Source: an uncultured Methanoregulaceae archaeon
GTDB taxonomy: Archaea > Halobacteriota > Methanomicrobia > Methanomicrobiales > Methanospirillaceae
Assembly: GCA_963737635.1 (NCBI GenBank)
Contig: CAVTTL010000001.1
Coordinates: 96,001-160,000, forward strand
Length of the DNA stretch: 64,000 nt
Direction of reading: 5' to 3'
A program made the position numbers and the translations under genes. This document shows positions 45,199 to 54,853 of this stretch, piece by piece (within the stretch, counting starts at the first letter, position 1; the number at the start of each line of letters is the position of its first letter). The notes beneath the pieces were generated by a model. It did not search any database, had not been told where the DNA came from, and saw only the letters and a program-made list of their open reading frames with translations.

Positions 45199-46155
45199 AT
45201 GAAAGCATTTGTTACTGGCGGCACCGGCTTTATCGGCAGTAATCTTGTAGACACGATACTTTCCCTTGGAAAAGAAGTTACCGTTTACGATAATTTTTCC
45301 ACAGGGATTCAGGAATACCTGGAGACTGCAGAAAAACGACCCGGGTTCCATTTGATCACCGGGGATCTCTTGGACCAGGAAAAATTGTGCACTGCAATGG
45401 CTGGCTGTGATTTTGTCTTTCATCTGGCTGCAAATGCCGATGTTCGCTATGGCACGGAACATCCGGAAAAAGATCTTTACCAGAATACTATCGCAACGTT
45501 TAACGTGCTTGAAGCGATGCGGAAAAACGCCATCAATAAGATTGCGTTCTCTTCCACCGGTTCCATTTATGGGGAAGCAACGGTAATTCCCACACCCGAA
45601 GATGCGCCGTTCCCGGTACAGACTTCGCTGTACGGTGCATCCAAGCTCGCGGGAGAAGGGCTGATTGAGGCATATTGTGAGGGGTTTGGCTTCCAGGCAT
45701 GGATCTTCCGGTTCGTGTCCATCCTCGGGGAACGCTACCCGCACGGGCATGTTTTTGATTTCTATAAACAGCTCCGTGCCCATCCCGATCACCTGAATGT
45801 TCTCGGAAACGGACATCAGAAAAAATCGTATCTCTATGTGCAGGACTGCATTAATGCCATTTTTACCGCAATCGAAAAATCCCGAGACCCGGTGAACATA
45901 TTCAATCTCGGTACTGATGACTATTGTGAAGTGAACGATTCCATCAACTGGATATGCAGTCACCTGGATCTCAAACCAGAGATCCGCTATACCGGCGGGG
46001 ACCGGGGCTGGATTGGGGATAACCCGTTCATATTCCTCGATTGTAAAAAGATCCGTTCCCTCGGCTGGAAACCAGAATATACGATTCATGAGGGTGTTAT
46101 CAAGTCGCTTGAATTCCTCGAATGCAATCCGTGGGTACTGGAGAGATTTCCATGA
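45199..46155 (+). CDS. NAD-dependent epimerase/dehydratase (LmbM-like candidate)
   Basis: TGGTGFIG, HLAA, SSTGSIYG, YGASK. Confidence 0.9.
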   Translation: MKAFVTGGTGFIGSNLVDTILSLGKEVTVYDNFSTGIQEYLETAEKRPGFHLITGDLLDQEKLCTAMAGCDFVFHLAANADVRYGTEHPEKDLYQNTIATFNVLEAMRKNAINKIAFSSTGSIYGEATVIPTPEDAPFPVQTSLYGASKLAGEGLIEAYCEGFGFQAWIFRFVSILGERYPHGHVFDFYKQLRAHPDHLNVLGNGHQKKSYLYVQDCINAIFTAIEKSRDPVNIFNLGTDDYCEVNDSINWICSHLDLKPEIRYTGGDRGWIGDNPFIFLDCKKIRSLGWKPEYTIHEGVIKSLEFLECNPWVLERFP

Positions 46156-47444
46156 AAATATGTGTGTTTGGGTTATGGCACCTGGGATCGGTCATTTGTG
46201 CGAGTCTTGCGAAATCCGGACATACCGTTGTCGGCCTTGATTTCAATCGGGAGAACATTGAAAACTTCCGGAACGCCAAAGCCCCCGTTTCAGAACCCGG
46301 ATTAAACGAACTAATTCTTGAAAATCTCCAGAAAAAATCGTTGCGTTTCACGTGCGATCCTGCACCTGCCCTGACAGATGCAGAGGTAGTGTGGATCGCA
46401 TTTGATACACCGGTGGATGAACAGGATAATGCAGATCCCAGTTATATAGAGAAGAATTTTGAGATAATTTCCGGATTTATACGGAACCAGGCGAAAATTA
46501 TCATATCCTCACAGGTTCCCGTTGGATTCACCCGGCATCTTTCTCAGAAATTCCATGAGAAATATCCTGGTAAAAACGTTTTCTTTTCGTACTCACCGGA
46601 AAACTTACGCTTGGGGAAAGCACTGAAAACATTTTTGGAACCGGACCGGATTGTCATTGGAACTCTGCCTGAAGATAAAGCCCTATTTCTCCCCATTTTC
46701 TCATCCATCAGTAATAGACAGGAATGGATGAGTATTGAATCAGCTGAAATGACAAAACATGCAATCAACTCTTTTCTTGCCACCTCAATCTGTTTTGCAA
46801 ATGAAATTGCAACACTCTGCGAATACGTGGGAGCAAATGCAAAAGAGGTCGAACGGGGATTAAAAACCGAAGAACGGATCGGTCCGAAAGCATACCTCAC
46901 ACCGGGCAATGCATTTTCAGGAGGTACCCTGGCAAGGGATATACGATTTTTACAAAAATTAGGAGACCATAACCATCTGCCGGTCCCCCTCATCAACGCT
47001 GTCTTAACAAGCAATGACTTCCACAAGACATGGATTAAAAGAAAATGTAACGAAACACTTGGTGAACTTAAGGGAAAAAATATCTCTGTCTTTGGACTTA
47101 CCTACAAACCAGGGACTGACACATTACGGAGATCCTTTTCCGTGGAACTCTGTACATGGCTCCATGGCGAAGGCGCCACAATCACCGCATTCGATCCCGC
47201 AATTCATGAGCTCCCCTCAGAATTACAGGGAACCCTTTCGTTATCTTCCGGCATTCTTCCCGCGGTAAAAGATGCAGACTGCCTTATCATTGCCACGGAA
47301 TGGCCGGATTTCCAAAAAATCCCGGTGGATATCCTTATTCATATGAGGACGAAGATCCTCATCGATCCCAATGGATTTGTGGAACACAATCTGGGAGAGG
47401 CCCATAATATTCGTTATCTGACCGTAGGAAGAGATCTTTCATGA
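46152..47444 (+). CDS. UDP-glucose/GDP-mannose dehydrogenase-like protein lacking catalytic Cys (LmbL-like candidate)
   Basis: GLWHLG, EPGL, SPENLRLG, EMTKHAIN, GLTYKPGTD..R; GGTLARD replaces GGxCxxKD. Confidence 0.85.
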   Translation: MKICVFGLWHLGSVICASLAKSGHTVVGLDFNRENIENFRNAKAPVSEPGLNELILENLQKKSLRFTCDPAPALTDAEVVWIAFDTPVDEQDNADPSYIEKNFEIISGFIRNQAKIIISSQVPVGFTRHLSQKFHEKYPGKNVFFSYSPENLRLGKALKTFLEPDRIVIGTLPEDKALFLPIFSSISNRQEWMSIESAEMTKHAINSFLATSICFANEIATLCEYVGANAKEVERGLKTEERIGPKAYLTPGNAFSGGTLARDIRFLQKLGDHNHLPVPLINAVLTSNDFHKTWIKRKCNETLGELKGKNISVFGLTYKPGTDTLRRSFSVELCTWLHGEGATITAFDPAIHELPSELQGTLSLSSGILPAVKDADCLIIATEWPDFQKIPVDILIHMRTKILIDPNGFVEHNLGEAHNIRYLTVGRDLS

Positions 47445-48307
47445 AACTCGCTGGACGAAATGCGATAATAACCGGGGCAAACCGGGGTTTTGGCCTTGAA
47501 ATTGCCAAAAAGTTTGTTGAAGAAGGAGCGTCTGTTCTCATCTGCGGGAGAGACGAAGATCAGGTTGCGCTTGCCGTTGATTCCCTGCGGAAACTCACTT
47601 CGTCGGAACAAACCGTTGTTGGTGTACCCCTAGACGTGTCAAAGGAAGAAAATGTCAAACAGATGATTAACGTCGCAATCGATACGTTGAAACGGATTGA
47701 CATCGTGGTCAACAATGCCGGGATATACGGGCCAAAAGGACTCATAGAAGATGTCGATTCAGGGGAATGGGTATCTGCGATCCATATCAACCTTTTAAGC
47801 GTTTTTTTCATGTGTAAAGGGATACTTCCGCATATGAAAAAGAACAATGCCGGGAAAATAATCAACCTTTCCGGAGGAGGAGCAACGGCACCATTACCAA
47901 GAATAAGTGCCTATGCCGCATCCAAAGCAGCAGTCGTAAGATTGACAGAAACACTCGCTGAGGAATGCAGGGAATATGCAATTGATATTAACGCTGTTGC
48001 ACCGGGTGCACTCAACACCCGGCTTCTCGACGAAATCCTGGAGTCCGGGCCTGATGTTGTAGGTAAGGCGTTTTACGAGAAAGCCCTCAAACAAAAAGCC
48101 GATGGCGGAACACCCCTCCAGTTAGGTGCTGAACTCTGTGTTTACCTGGCATCTTCTGCCAGTGACGGGATAACCGGGAAACTAATCAGCGCCCCTTGGG
48201 ACCCCTGGCAAAACCTTGCGCAGTACCGCGATGAACTAAGAAATTCGGATATTTACACATTAAGAAGGATCGTTGAGAAAGATCGCGGTAAAAACTGGGG
48301 GACCTGA
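47441..48307 (+). CDS. Classical SDR oxidoreductase
   Basis: TGANRGFG, NNAG, YAASK, APG. Confidence 0.92.
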   Translation: MKLAGRNAIITGANRGFGLEIAKKFVEEGASVLICGRDEDQVALAVDSLRKLTSSEQTVVGVPLDVSKEENVKQMINVAIDTLKRIDIVVNNAGIYGPKGLIEDVDSGEWVSAIHINLLSVFFMCKGILPHMKKNNAGKIINLSGGGATAPLPRISAYAASKAAVVRLTETLAEECREYAIDINAVAPGALNTRLLDEILESGPDVVGKAFYEKALKQKADGGTPLQLGAELCVYLASSASDGITGKLISAPWDPWQNLAQYRDELRNSDIYTLRRIVEKDRGKNWGT

Positions 48308-48308
48308 C

Positions 48309-49299
48309 GTGAAAGTCGGTATAATCGGGTGCGGTGCCGTCGGGAAGAAACGTGCTCTTGCCTTGGGGGATAACGAACTTGTGATGGCTGTCGATACGTC
48401 ACTCGAACGGGCGCGGGACGTAGCGCAGCTCAAAAACTGTACTTCAGTAAGCACTGATTACCATGATGCGCTGAATAACGACCAGATTGAGCTTTTGTTT
48501 ATCTCAACCACCAATGAATTTCTCGCAAAAATTACCTTAGATGCAGTCTCTGCCAAAAAGCATGTACTGGTAGAGAAACCCGCAGGCAGGACCCCTAAAG
48601 AACTCATTCCCATTATCGAAACGGCACAACGAAATAATGTTTTTGTCAAAGTGGGATTCAATCACCGGTTTCATCCGGCATTGCACAAGGCAAAACAACT
48701 GGTGGATTCAGGAGAGATTGGACCGTTAATGTTTATCCGCGGCCGGTATGGTCACGGGGGGCGGCGCGGATATGAAAAAGAGTGGCGTTCAATTCCTGAA
48801 AAATCGGGGGGTGGGGAGCTCATCGACCAAGGAGTTCACCTGATCGATTTGTCACGATGGTTCCTTGGCGACCTTGATGTCGCTGAAGGTTTTGCCCATA
48901 CGGTACTTCTGGGATATGCCGGTCGATGATAATGCATTCCTGATGCTGAAAAGTCCACGCGATCAGATCGCATGGCTCCATGTCAGCTGCACTGAGTGGA
49001 AGAATATGTTTTCTTTTGAAATTTATGGAAAAACGGGAAAACTCCAGATAGAGGGTCTTGGCGGAAGTTATGGCACGGAACGGCTATGCCTTTATAAAAT
49101 GCTTCCTCTGATGGGCCCACCGGAAACGACGATATGGGAATATCCGTTCCCGGACGATTCCTGGAATCTCGAAGTGAATGAATTCATCCGGTCGATCGAA
49201 ATGCACAAAGAACCAGAGGGAAATATACGCGATGCCAAAAAAGCACTGGATATCGTCGAGAAAGTGTATGACAAATCCCATTTTAAGGTGAATATATGA
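48309..49299 (+). CDS. Gfo/Idh/MocA oxidoreductase (LmbZ-like candidate; apparent frameshift ~48903)
   Basis: IIGCGAVG, HVLVEKP, GFNHRFHP, GGGELIDQGVH. Confidence 0.88.
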
Positions 49300-50279
49300 T
49301 TATCACTCGTAGTCCTTTGAGAATCTCCCTTGGCGGCGGAGGAACAGATCTGCCTTCGTATTACCAGAAACATGAAGGTTTTTTGATTGCCGCGGCGATC
49401 GACAAATACGTCTATATCAACCTGCACGATACGTTCGTTGATTATCTCATTGTAAAATACTCAAAAATGGAAGAGGTCAGGAGCATCGAAGAGATCAAGC
49501 ATCCCATTATTCGCGAATCCCTGAAACTGCTGGGATTTGACGCCCGGTACCTTGAAATTGCGAGCCTTGCAGACATCCCGGCAGGTACTGGCCTCGGCTC
49601 GTCCAGCAGCTTTACCTGTTCGCTCCTTAAAGCACTTCATACCCATAAGAAAAACCTGATTTCACCGGCGGATCTTGCTGAACAAGCTTGTCACATTGAG
49701 ATGGATCTTCTTCACGAACCCATTGGCAAACAGGATCAATATATCTCCGCACATGGTGGCATTAACTGTTTCACGTTCTGTAAAGACAACCGGGTAAAAA
49801 CGGAAAAACTCAATATATCCCCGGAAACACTCTACAATCTCGAGGACCACCTCTTGCTCTTTTTCACCGGGTACTCACGTTCTGCATCAAACGTTCTCAG
49901 AGAGCAGGACGACAAAAGCAAGAAAAACGATACCACCATGATCGATAACCTGCACTTTGTCAAGGAACTGGGGTATAAGAGTAAAACAGCTTTTGAACGT
50001 GGGGATCTTGAAGAGTTTGCCAACATCATGAACGTTCATTGGGAGCATAAGAAGCAGCGCTCGAACGCGATGAGCAACGACCGGATCAACACGTGGTACG
50101 ATATCGCTATGAAAAACGGTGCGCTGGGGGGGAAACTCATCGGTGCCGGGGGCGGGGGATTTTTGATGTTCTATGCTGAAGACACCAAGAAACTCCGCAA
50201 GGCCATGGCATGCGAAGGGCTCCAAGAAGTCCGGTTCCGGTTTGACTTCGACGGCAGCAAAGTGGTGACTACATCGTAA
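49296..50279 (+). CDS. GHMP sugar-phosphate 1-kinase (HddA/LmbP family)
   Basis: PLRISLGGGGTD, PAGTGLGSSS, GKQDQY, GAGGGG. Confidence 0.92.
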   Translation: MIITRSPLRISLGGGGTDLPSYYQKHEGFLIAAAIDKYVYINLHDTFVDYLIVKYSKMEEVRSIEEIKHPIIRESLKLLGFDARYLEIASLADIPAGTGLGSSSSFTCSLLKALHTHKKNLISPADLAEQACHIEMDLLHEPIGKQDQYISAHGGINCFTFCKDNRVKTEKLNISPETLYNLEDHLLLFFTGYSRSASNVLREQDDKSKKNDTTMIDNLHFVKELGYKSKTAFERGDLEEFANIMNVHWEHKKQRSNAMSNDRINTWYDIAMKNGALGGKLIGAGGGGFLMFYAEDTKKLRKAMACEGLQEVRFRFDFDGSKVVTTS

Positions 50280-50996
50280 TGCTGCCAGTGGTTATTCTTG
50301 CGGGAGGACTTGCCACCCGCCTGTACCCGGTAACCCAAAAAATCCCCAAATCTCTGATTTTGATCGCCGGCCGGCCCTTTATCGATCACCAGCTGGAGCT
50401 CCTGAAAGAAAAAGGCGTGGCCCGGGTCGTCCTGTGTGTGGGAAACTTTGGCGCTATGATCGAATCATATGTTGGCGACGGCTCCCGGCTCGGGCTGGAA
50501 GTGACAGTACTCCTATGATGGGGACGCTCTCCTTGGGACAGGTGGCGCAATTAAAAAGGCAGCCGGGATGCTTCCGGAGGCGTTCATGATCCTGTACGGT
50601 GACTCCTATCTCGATATCGATTTTGAACCGATCGCGCAAACGTTTAGCGCGGGGACACTTCCGGCCCTGATGACGGTGTACCGGAACCGGAACACATTCG
50701 ATACGAGCAACGTCATTATGAAGGATGGGAAAATTGTAAGGTATGACAAGAAATCCCGCGATCCGTCCATGGAATACATTGATTATGGGCTCATTGCGAT
50801 CCGGAAAAACGTTTTCGATGAGTATCCGGTAAATGAACCCTTCGATCTCTCTCTAGTTCTTTCCCGGCTGGTTGACACCGGGCAGGTCTTAGGATATGAG
50901 GTCACGAAACGCTTTTACGAGATCGGGTCGACATCAGGGATCAAGGAAACTGAAGACTATATCAGGACAAGAAAACCAGTTTCATACAAGGTCTGA
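50279..50996 (+). CDS. Sugar-1-phosphate nucleotidyltransferase (HddC/LmbO family; apparent frameshift ~50504)
   Basis: ILAGGLATRL..PK, LLGTGGAI, YGDSY, FYEIGS. Confidence 0.88.
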
Positions 50997-50998
50997 AA

Positions 50999-51607
50999 AT
51001 GACGAGTGAAAACGATTATATTTCTGCATTCCTCAACGACGCTGTAACGATAATCCGGAAAATCGATCAGGTCCAGATCAAAAAAATGTCTGAAATTCTC
51101 CAGGACATCCGAAAAAACGGCGGGCGTCTGTTCATTCTCGGCGTCGGCGGTGGAGCCGGACACGCATCCCATGCAGTGAACGATTTCCGGAAGATCGCCG
51201 GGATTGAATCCTATGCGCCGACGGATAACGTTTCGGAGCTCACCGCCCGTGTCAATGATGACGGCTGGGAGACCGTTTTTGAGAGCTGGCTCAAAGGAAG
51301 CAGGCTCACCGCGAAGGACTGCATCTTTGTCTTTTCTGTCGGCGGCGGGAATGCAGAAAAGAATGTCAGCGTGAACCTAGTGAATGCCCTGCGATATGCA
51401 AAGGATACCGGTACAAAAATCATCGGTGTTGTGGGACGTGATGGTGGCTACACGGCAAAAGTTGCGGATGCCTGCGTGATTATCCCGACCGTAAACGAGA
51501 AGACCGTAACCCCCCAGACGGAAGCTTTCCAGGCCGTTGTCTGGCATCTCATCGTTTCAAGCCCGGCGATGCAGAAGTTCGAGATGAAGTGGGAAAGCAC
51601 AAAATAA
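50999..51607 (+). CDS. SIS-domain phosphosugar isomerase (GmhA/LmbN family)
   Basis: GVGGGAGHASH, LTARVNDDG, SVGG, GRDGG. Confidence 0.88.
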   Translation: MTSENDYISAFLNDAVTIIRKIDQVQIKKMSEILQDIRKNGGRLFILGVGGGAGHASHAVNDFRKIAGIESYAPTDNVSELTARVNDDGWETVFESWLKGSRLTAKDCIFVFSVGGGNAEKNVSVNLVNALRYAKDTGTKIIGVVGRDGGYTAKVADACVIIPTVNEKTVTPQTEAFQAVVWHLIVSSPAMQKFEMKWESTK

Positions 51608-51616
51608 TTTTTTTCG

Positions 51617-52204
51617 ATGAAACCGGCAGTTTTTTTCGATCGCGATGGTGTCATCAACGAGCTCATGCTGAACTCGGACACCGGGGAGTACGAACCGCCC
51701 CATTCACCGGGAGATCTTACTCTTTTTCCTGATGTGATTGCATCTTTACGAATCCTTCAGAATGCCGGTTTTGATCTCTTCCTCGTGTCCAACCAACCAG
51801 ATTACGCAAAAGGGAAAACGACGCTGGAGCAGATCCAAGCGGTGCACGAGAGACTCAATCAGATCCTGAAATCCGAAGGGATTCTGTTCCGTGACTACTA
51901 TTACTGCTACCACCACCCGCAGGGAACTGTCCCTGAATATTCTTTCTCGTGTGAGTGCCGGAAACCAAAACCCTATTTCATCCTGAAAGCAGCCCGGGAT
52001 TATGGGATCGATCTCGCGCATTCGTGGATGGTCGGCGATCGGGATACCGATATTGCATGCGGAAAAGCGGCAGGGACCCGGACTATTCTGATTCTTTATC
52101 CACACTCAGCTGGAAACCGTGGCTCCGGCGACCCGGATTACAAAGTTGAAAATATCCGGGATGCGGTACACACGATAATACGTCCCTCTGACAAAAAAAT
52201 ATGA
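51617..52204 (+). CDS. HAD-IIIA sugar bisphosphate phosphatase (GmhB/LmbK family)
   Basis: FFDRDGVIN, VSNQ, CYHHP..CECRKP, MVGDR..D. Confidence 0.92.
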   Translation: MKPAVFFDRDGVINELMLNSDTGEYEPPHSPGDLTLFPDVIASLRILQNAGFDLFLVSNQPDYAKGKTTLEQIQAVHERLNQILKSEGILFRDYYYCYHHPQGTVPEYSFSCECRKPKPYFILKAARDYGIDLAHSWMVGDRDTDIACGKAAGTRTILILYPHSAGNRGSGDPDYKVENIRDAVHTIIRPSDKKI

Positions 52205-52305
52205 CTGTAGCGTAAATCGCCGAATATAAAACAACGAATCTTAAAGATGCAGAACAGATAATACTTCATAATCAGGACTAAAAAAAGTGAACTGGAAGTA
52301 ATATT

Positions 52306-53022
52306 ATGAGCGGATTACCACAGTTTAAGATCAAGCTCTATGCGGATGGTGCCGATCTCGACGGCATGATCGAGGAGTACAAAAAAGGGATTGCAAGCGG
52401 TTTTACGACCAACCCGACCCTTATGAAAAAAGCCGAGGTCAAAAGTTACGAGGATTTTGCAAAAGCTGCCCTCAAGGCGATTCCGGACCTTCCCATCTCA
52501 TTCGAAGTTTTTTCTGATGACCTGCCCGGGATGGAACGCGAAGCCCGGAAGATCGCTGGCTGGGGAAAGAACGTCTATATCAAGATCCCGGTGACCAACA
52601 CCAAAGGCGAAAGCACAGCACCGCTCGTGAAAAAACTCTCCCACGACGGTCTGAAGCTGAATGTTACCGCTATCCTGACCCTCGACCAGGTAAAGACAGT
52701 GGCAAAGGCCCTTTCCCCGGATACGCCGAGCATCGTTTCGGTGTTTGCCGGTCGTATCGCGGATACCGGAAGAGACCCGATGCCGATTATGAAAGATGCC
52801 GTGAAGATCCTCAAGCCCTTGCCGAAAGCCGAACTGCTCTGGGCAAGCACCCGAGAGCTGTTGAACCTTGTTCAGGCCGAGTCCTGCGGCTGTCACATCA
52901 TCACGATCACGAATGATATCTTAAAGAAGGTCCCGCAGGTCGGTAAAGATCTGAACCAGTTGTCGCTTGAGACCGTGCAGATGTTTTACTCCGATGCGCA
53001 AAGTGCGGGATATAAGATTTAA
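52306..53022 (+). CDS. tal: Short transaldolase-family enzyme (LmbR-like candidate)
   Basis: YADGA, GFTTNPTL, YIKIP Schiff-base Lys, NVTAI, SVFAGRIAD, LWASTR. Confidence 0.9.
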   Translation: MSGLPQFKIKLYADGADLDGMIEEYKKGIASGFTTNPTLMKKAEVKSYEDFAKAALKAIPDLPISFEVFSDDLPGMEREARKIAGWGKNVYIKIPVTNTKGESTAPLVKKLSHDGLKLNVTAILTLDQVKTVAKALSPDTPSIVSVFAGRIADTGRDPMPIMKDAVKILKPLPKAELLWASTRELLNLVQAESCGCHIITITNDILKKVPQVGKDLNQLSLETVQMFYSDAQSAGYKI

Positions 53023-53040
53023 TTTCCAAAACCGGAAATT

Positions 53041-53095
53041 TCTCTTTTTTTAAAGAGATCTTTATTAAAATAATGTTTTTTACAGAATTTTTTAA
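53041..53095. terminator. Likely bidirectional terminator between convergent genes
   Basis: TCTCTTT/AAAGAGA inverted repeat plus T-runs between tal and the radical SAM gene. Confidence 0.4.
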
Positions 53096-53096
53096 T

Positions 53097-54563
53097 TTAT
53101 TTTATCTTCGCATTTTTTGGAACGTCCCGTGACCCCCCAAAAGAACTCCCGAATCGTCCTTTAATGCGAGGCCACCAGAACATTCTCCACTTAAACGCAT
53201 AAATGGTCGGGATAAGCTGCCACTGGTGCTTGAATCCGCGCCATGTGAAAAGAGTGTCGCAGGAGAGATAGGATCGTAATTCTTCCCATAACTCATGTAA
53301 TTCTTCTTCGGTGTGTTCTGCGGTATATACTGGTACGGGGTTTTCAGTAAGCCAATAATCATCGGTAATTTGCCCACATGCTTTCATATCCTCGAAGAGT
53401 TCGGTACCGGGATAAACTCGGGCAATCCGTTTCTTCTCTTCCTCTGCTGCATAATAATGATACTTTTCCTTCTGGATGCGGTTCATCAGCCGGCCCGTAT
53501 TTCTGATAGATTCCATAGTTTCTCCCTTCAGGCCGACAATAAAGAAGACGTCTAGATCTATACTGGTATTCTTAAACAGGTCTATGGCGCGAATCACATC
53601 CTCAGGGGTGGTGTGTTTATGACAGTTTTTTAAAACGGTGGGATCCCCACTTTCCAATCCGAACGATGCTCTTTCAAATCCGGTTTGTGCCAAAGCGTCG
53701 ATGACCTCTTTGGAGAGGGGGCGAAATCGTGCCTGACACCGGTAAGTAAAAGGAAGTTTGTTTTCCCGGATTAATTCACACAACCGGATGATCCTTTTAT
53801 TATCGGTTAAAAACGCATCATCATGGAAAAAAATTCTTTCTATGAACGGATAATCCCTGACGATGTCTTTGAGTTCGGCAACAATGTTCTCCGGGGATCG
53901 GTATCGCGTCATCCTTTTTGCCGTGGGATTCAAAGAGCAAAATGAACAGGCGTTTGGGCACCCTCGTGCTGTCAGAACGCACGCACTTTTCCGGCCAGTA
54001 CCTTTTAGGAATGGAGATTGATCCGGGAATGGCAGTGTATCAAGATCGGTAAGGGGTCTTACCTCTGTCGTAACAATCTCTCCATCACGCATAAATGCGA
54101 TTCCTTTAACTGCATCAATAGGTATGCCTTTCTCTAGTTTATCCGCGAGTTCCGCAAAGGTCAAATCACCCTCGCCGACAACTACGATGATATGAGGGTA
54201 TTTATTAAGCATCTGCTTGTAGAGGATTGTTGCATGGATTCCTCCGATAACAACTTTTATTCCGGGATGATTATCATGGAGATATTCAATAAGACGGTAT
54301 GATGAGATTCGTTTTTCAGTAAGGATCTGGATACCGATTACGTCAGGCTGCTTGTCTCGGGTGAACACCTTGATTTTTTGTTCGGCCTCTGTCTCGCTGT
54401 AATCGTCGAGATAAAGTAAATCCACATCGTGGTTATCTTTTAGCGAAGCCGCAACGTATGCCAATCCTAAGGAGTATTGGCTTTGAGATGGGTCTACCAT
54501 GGGGAGGCGGGGGCCATCAAATGTCGATTGATCCCAAGGCATTGTAACTAGAACTATTTTCAT
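53097..54563 (-). CDS. Cobalamin-binding radical SAM enzyme (class B methylase-like)
   Basis: LGLAYVAA and VVIGGIHAT B12 domain, ARGCPNACSFC, FHDDAF, GLESG, YPGTEL. Confidence 0.9.
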   Translation of the reverse strand: MKIVLVTMPWDQSTFDGPRLPMVDPSQSQYSLGLAYVAASLKDNHDVDLLYLDDYSETEAEQKIKVFTRDKQPDVIGIQILTEKRISSYRLIEYLHDNHPGIKVVIGGIHATILYKQMLNKYPHIIVVVGEGDLTFAELADKLEKGIPIDAVKGIAFMRDGEIVTTEVRPLTDLDTLPFPDQSPFLKGTGRKSACVLTARGCPNACSFCSLNPTAKRMTRYRSPENIVAELKDIVRDYPFIERIFFHDDAFLTDNKRIIRLCELIRENKLPFTYRCQARFRPLSKEVIDALAQTGFERASFGLESGDPTVLKNCHKHTTPEDVIRAIDLFKNTSIDLDVFFIVGLKGETMESIRNTGRLMNRIQKEKYHYYAAEEEKKRIARVYPGTELFEDMKACGQITDDYWLTENPVPVYTAEHTEEELHELWEELRSYLSCDTLFTWRGFKHQWQLIPTIYAFKWRMFWWPRIKGRFGSSFGGSRDVPKNAKIK

Positions 54564-54853
54564 TCAATTACTCCAACAAAGATACATTTGCGTTGCTCCT
54601 TTAACAAAGTCAATTATTGTCTCTGTCTCCTCATGGAGTAATATTTTTCGTAGTCAAGTCACCGTTTACCATCAAATAGGGATCCGAACGAGGCGTTCGT
54701 TACCCTCTCGATGTTGTAGTCTTCTCCGCGCTCGTTAAAATCCTCAAGCGGCTGTAATAACACCCGATAATAGTTAACATTGGGTATCCAGCCAAATTAA
54801 CACACAGATGATCTATGAAATCAGAATGTTTACAAGTGTCGTTATGTAGATCC

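Noticed and set aside
45199-53022. Antibiotic (lincosamide) biosynthetic cluster
   Set aside because: No aminotransferase, alkylproline, condensation or resistance genes; context is glycosyltransferases and Wzm/Wzt
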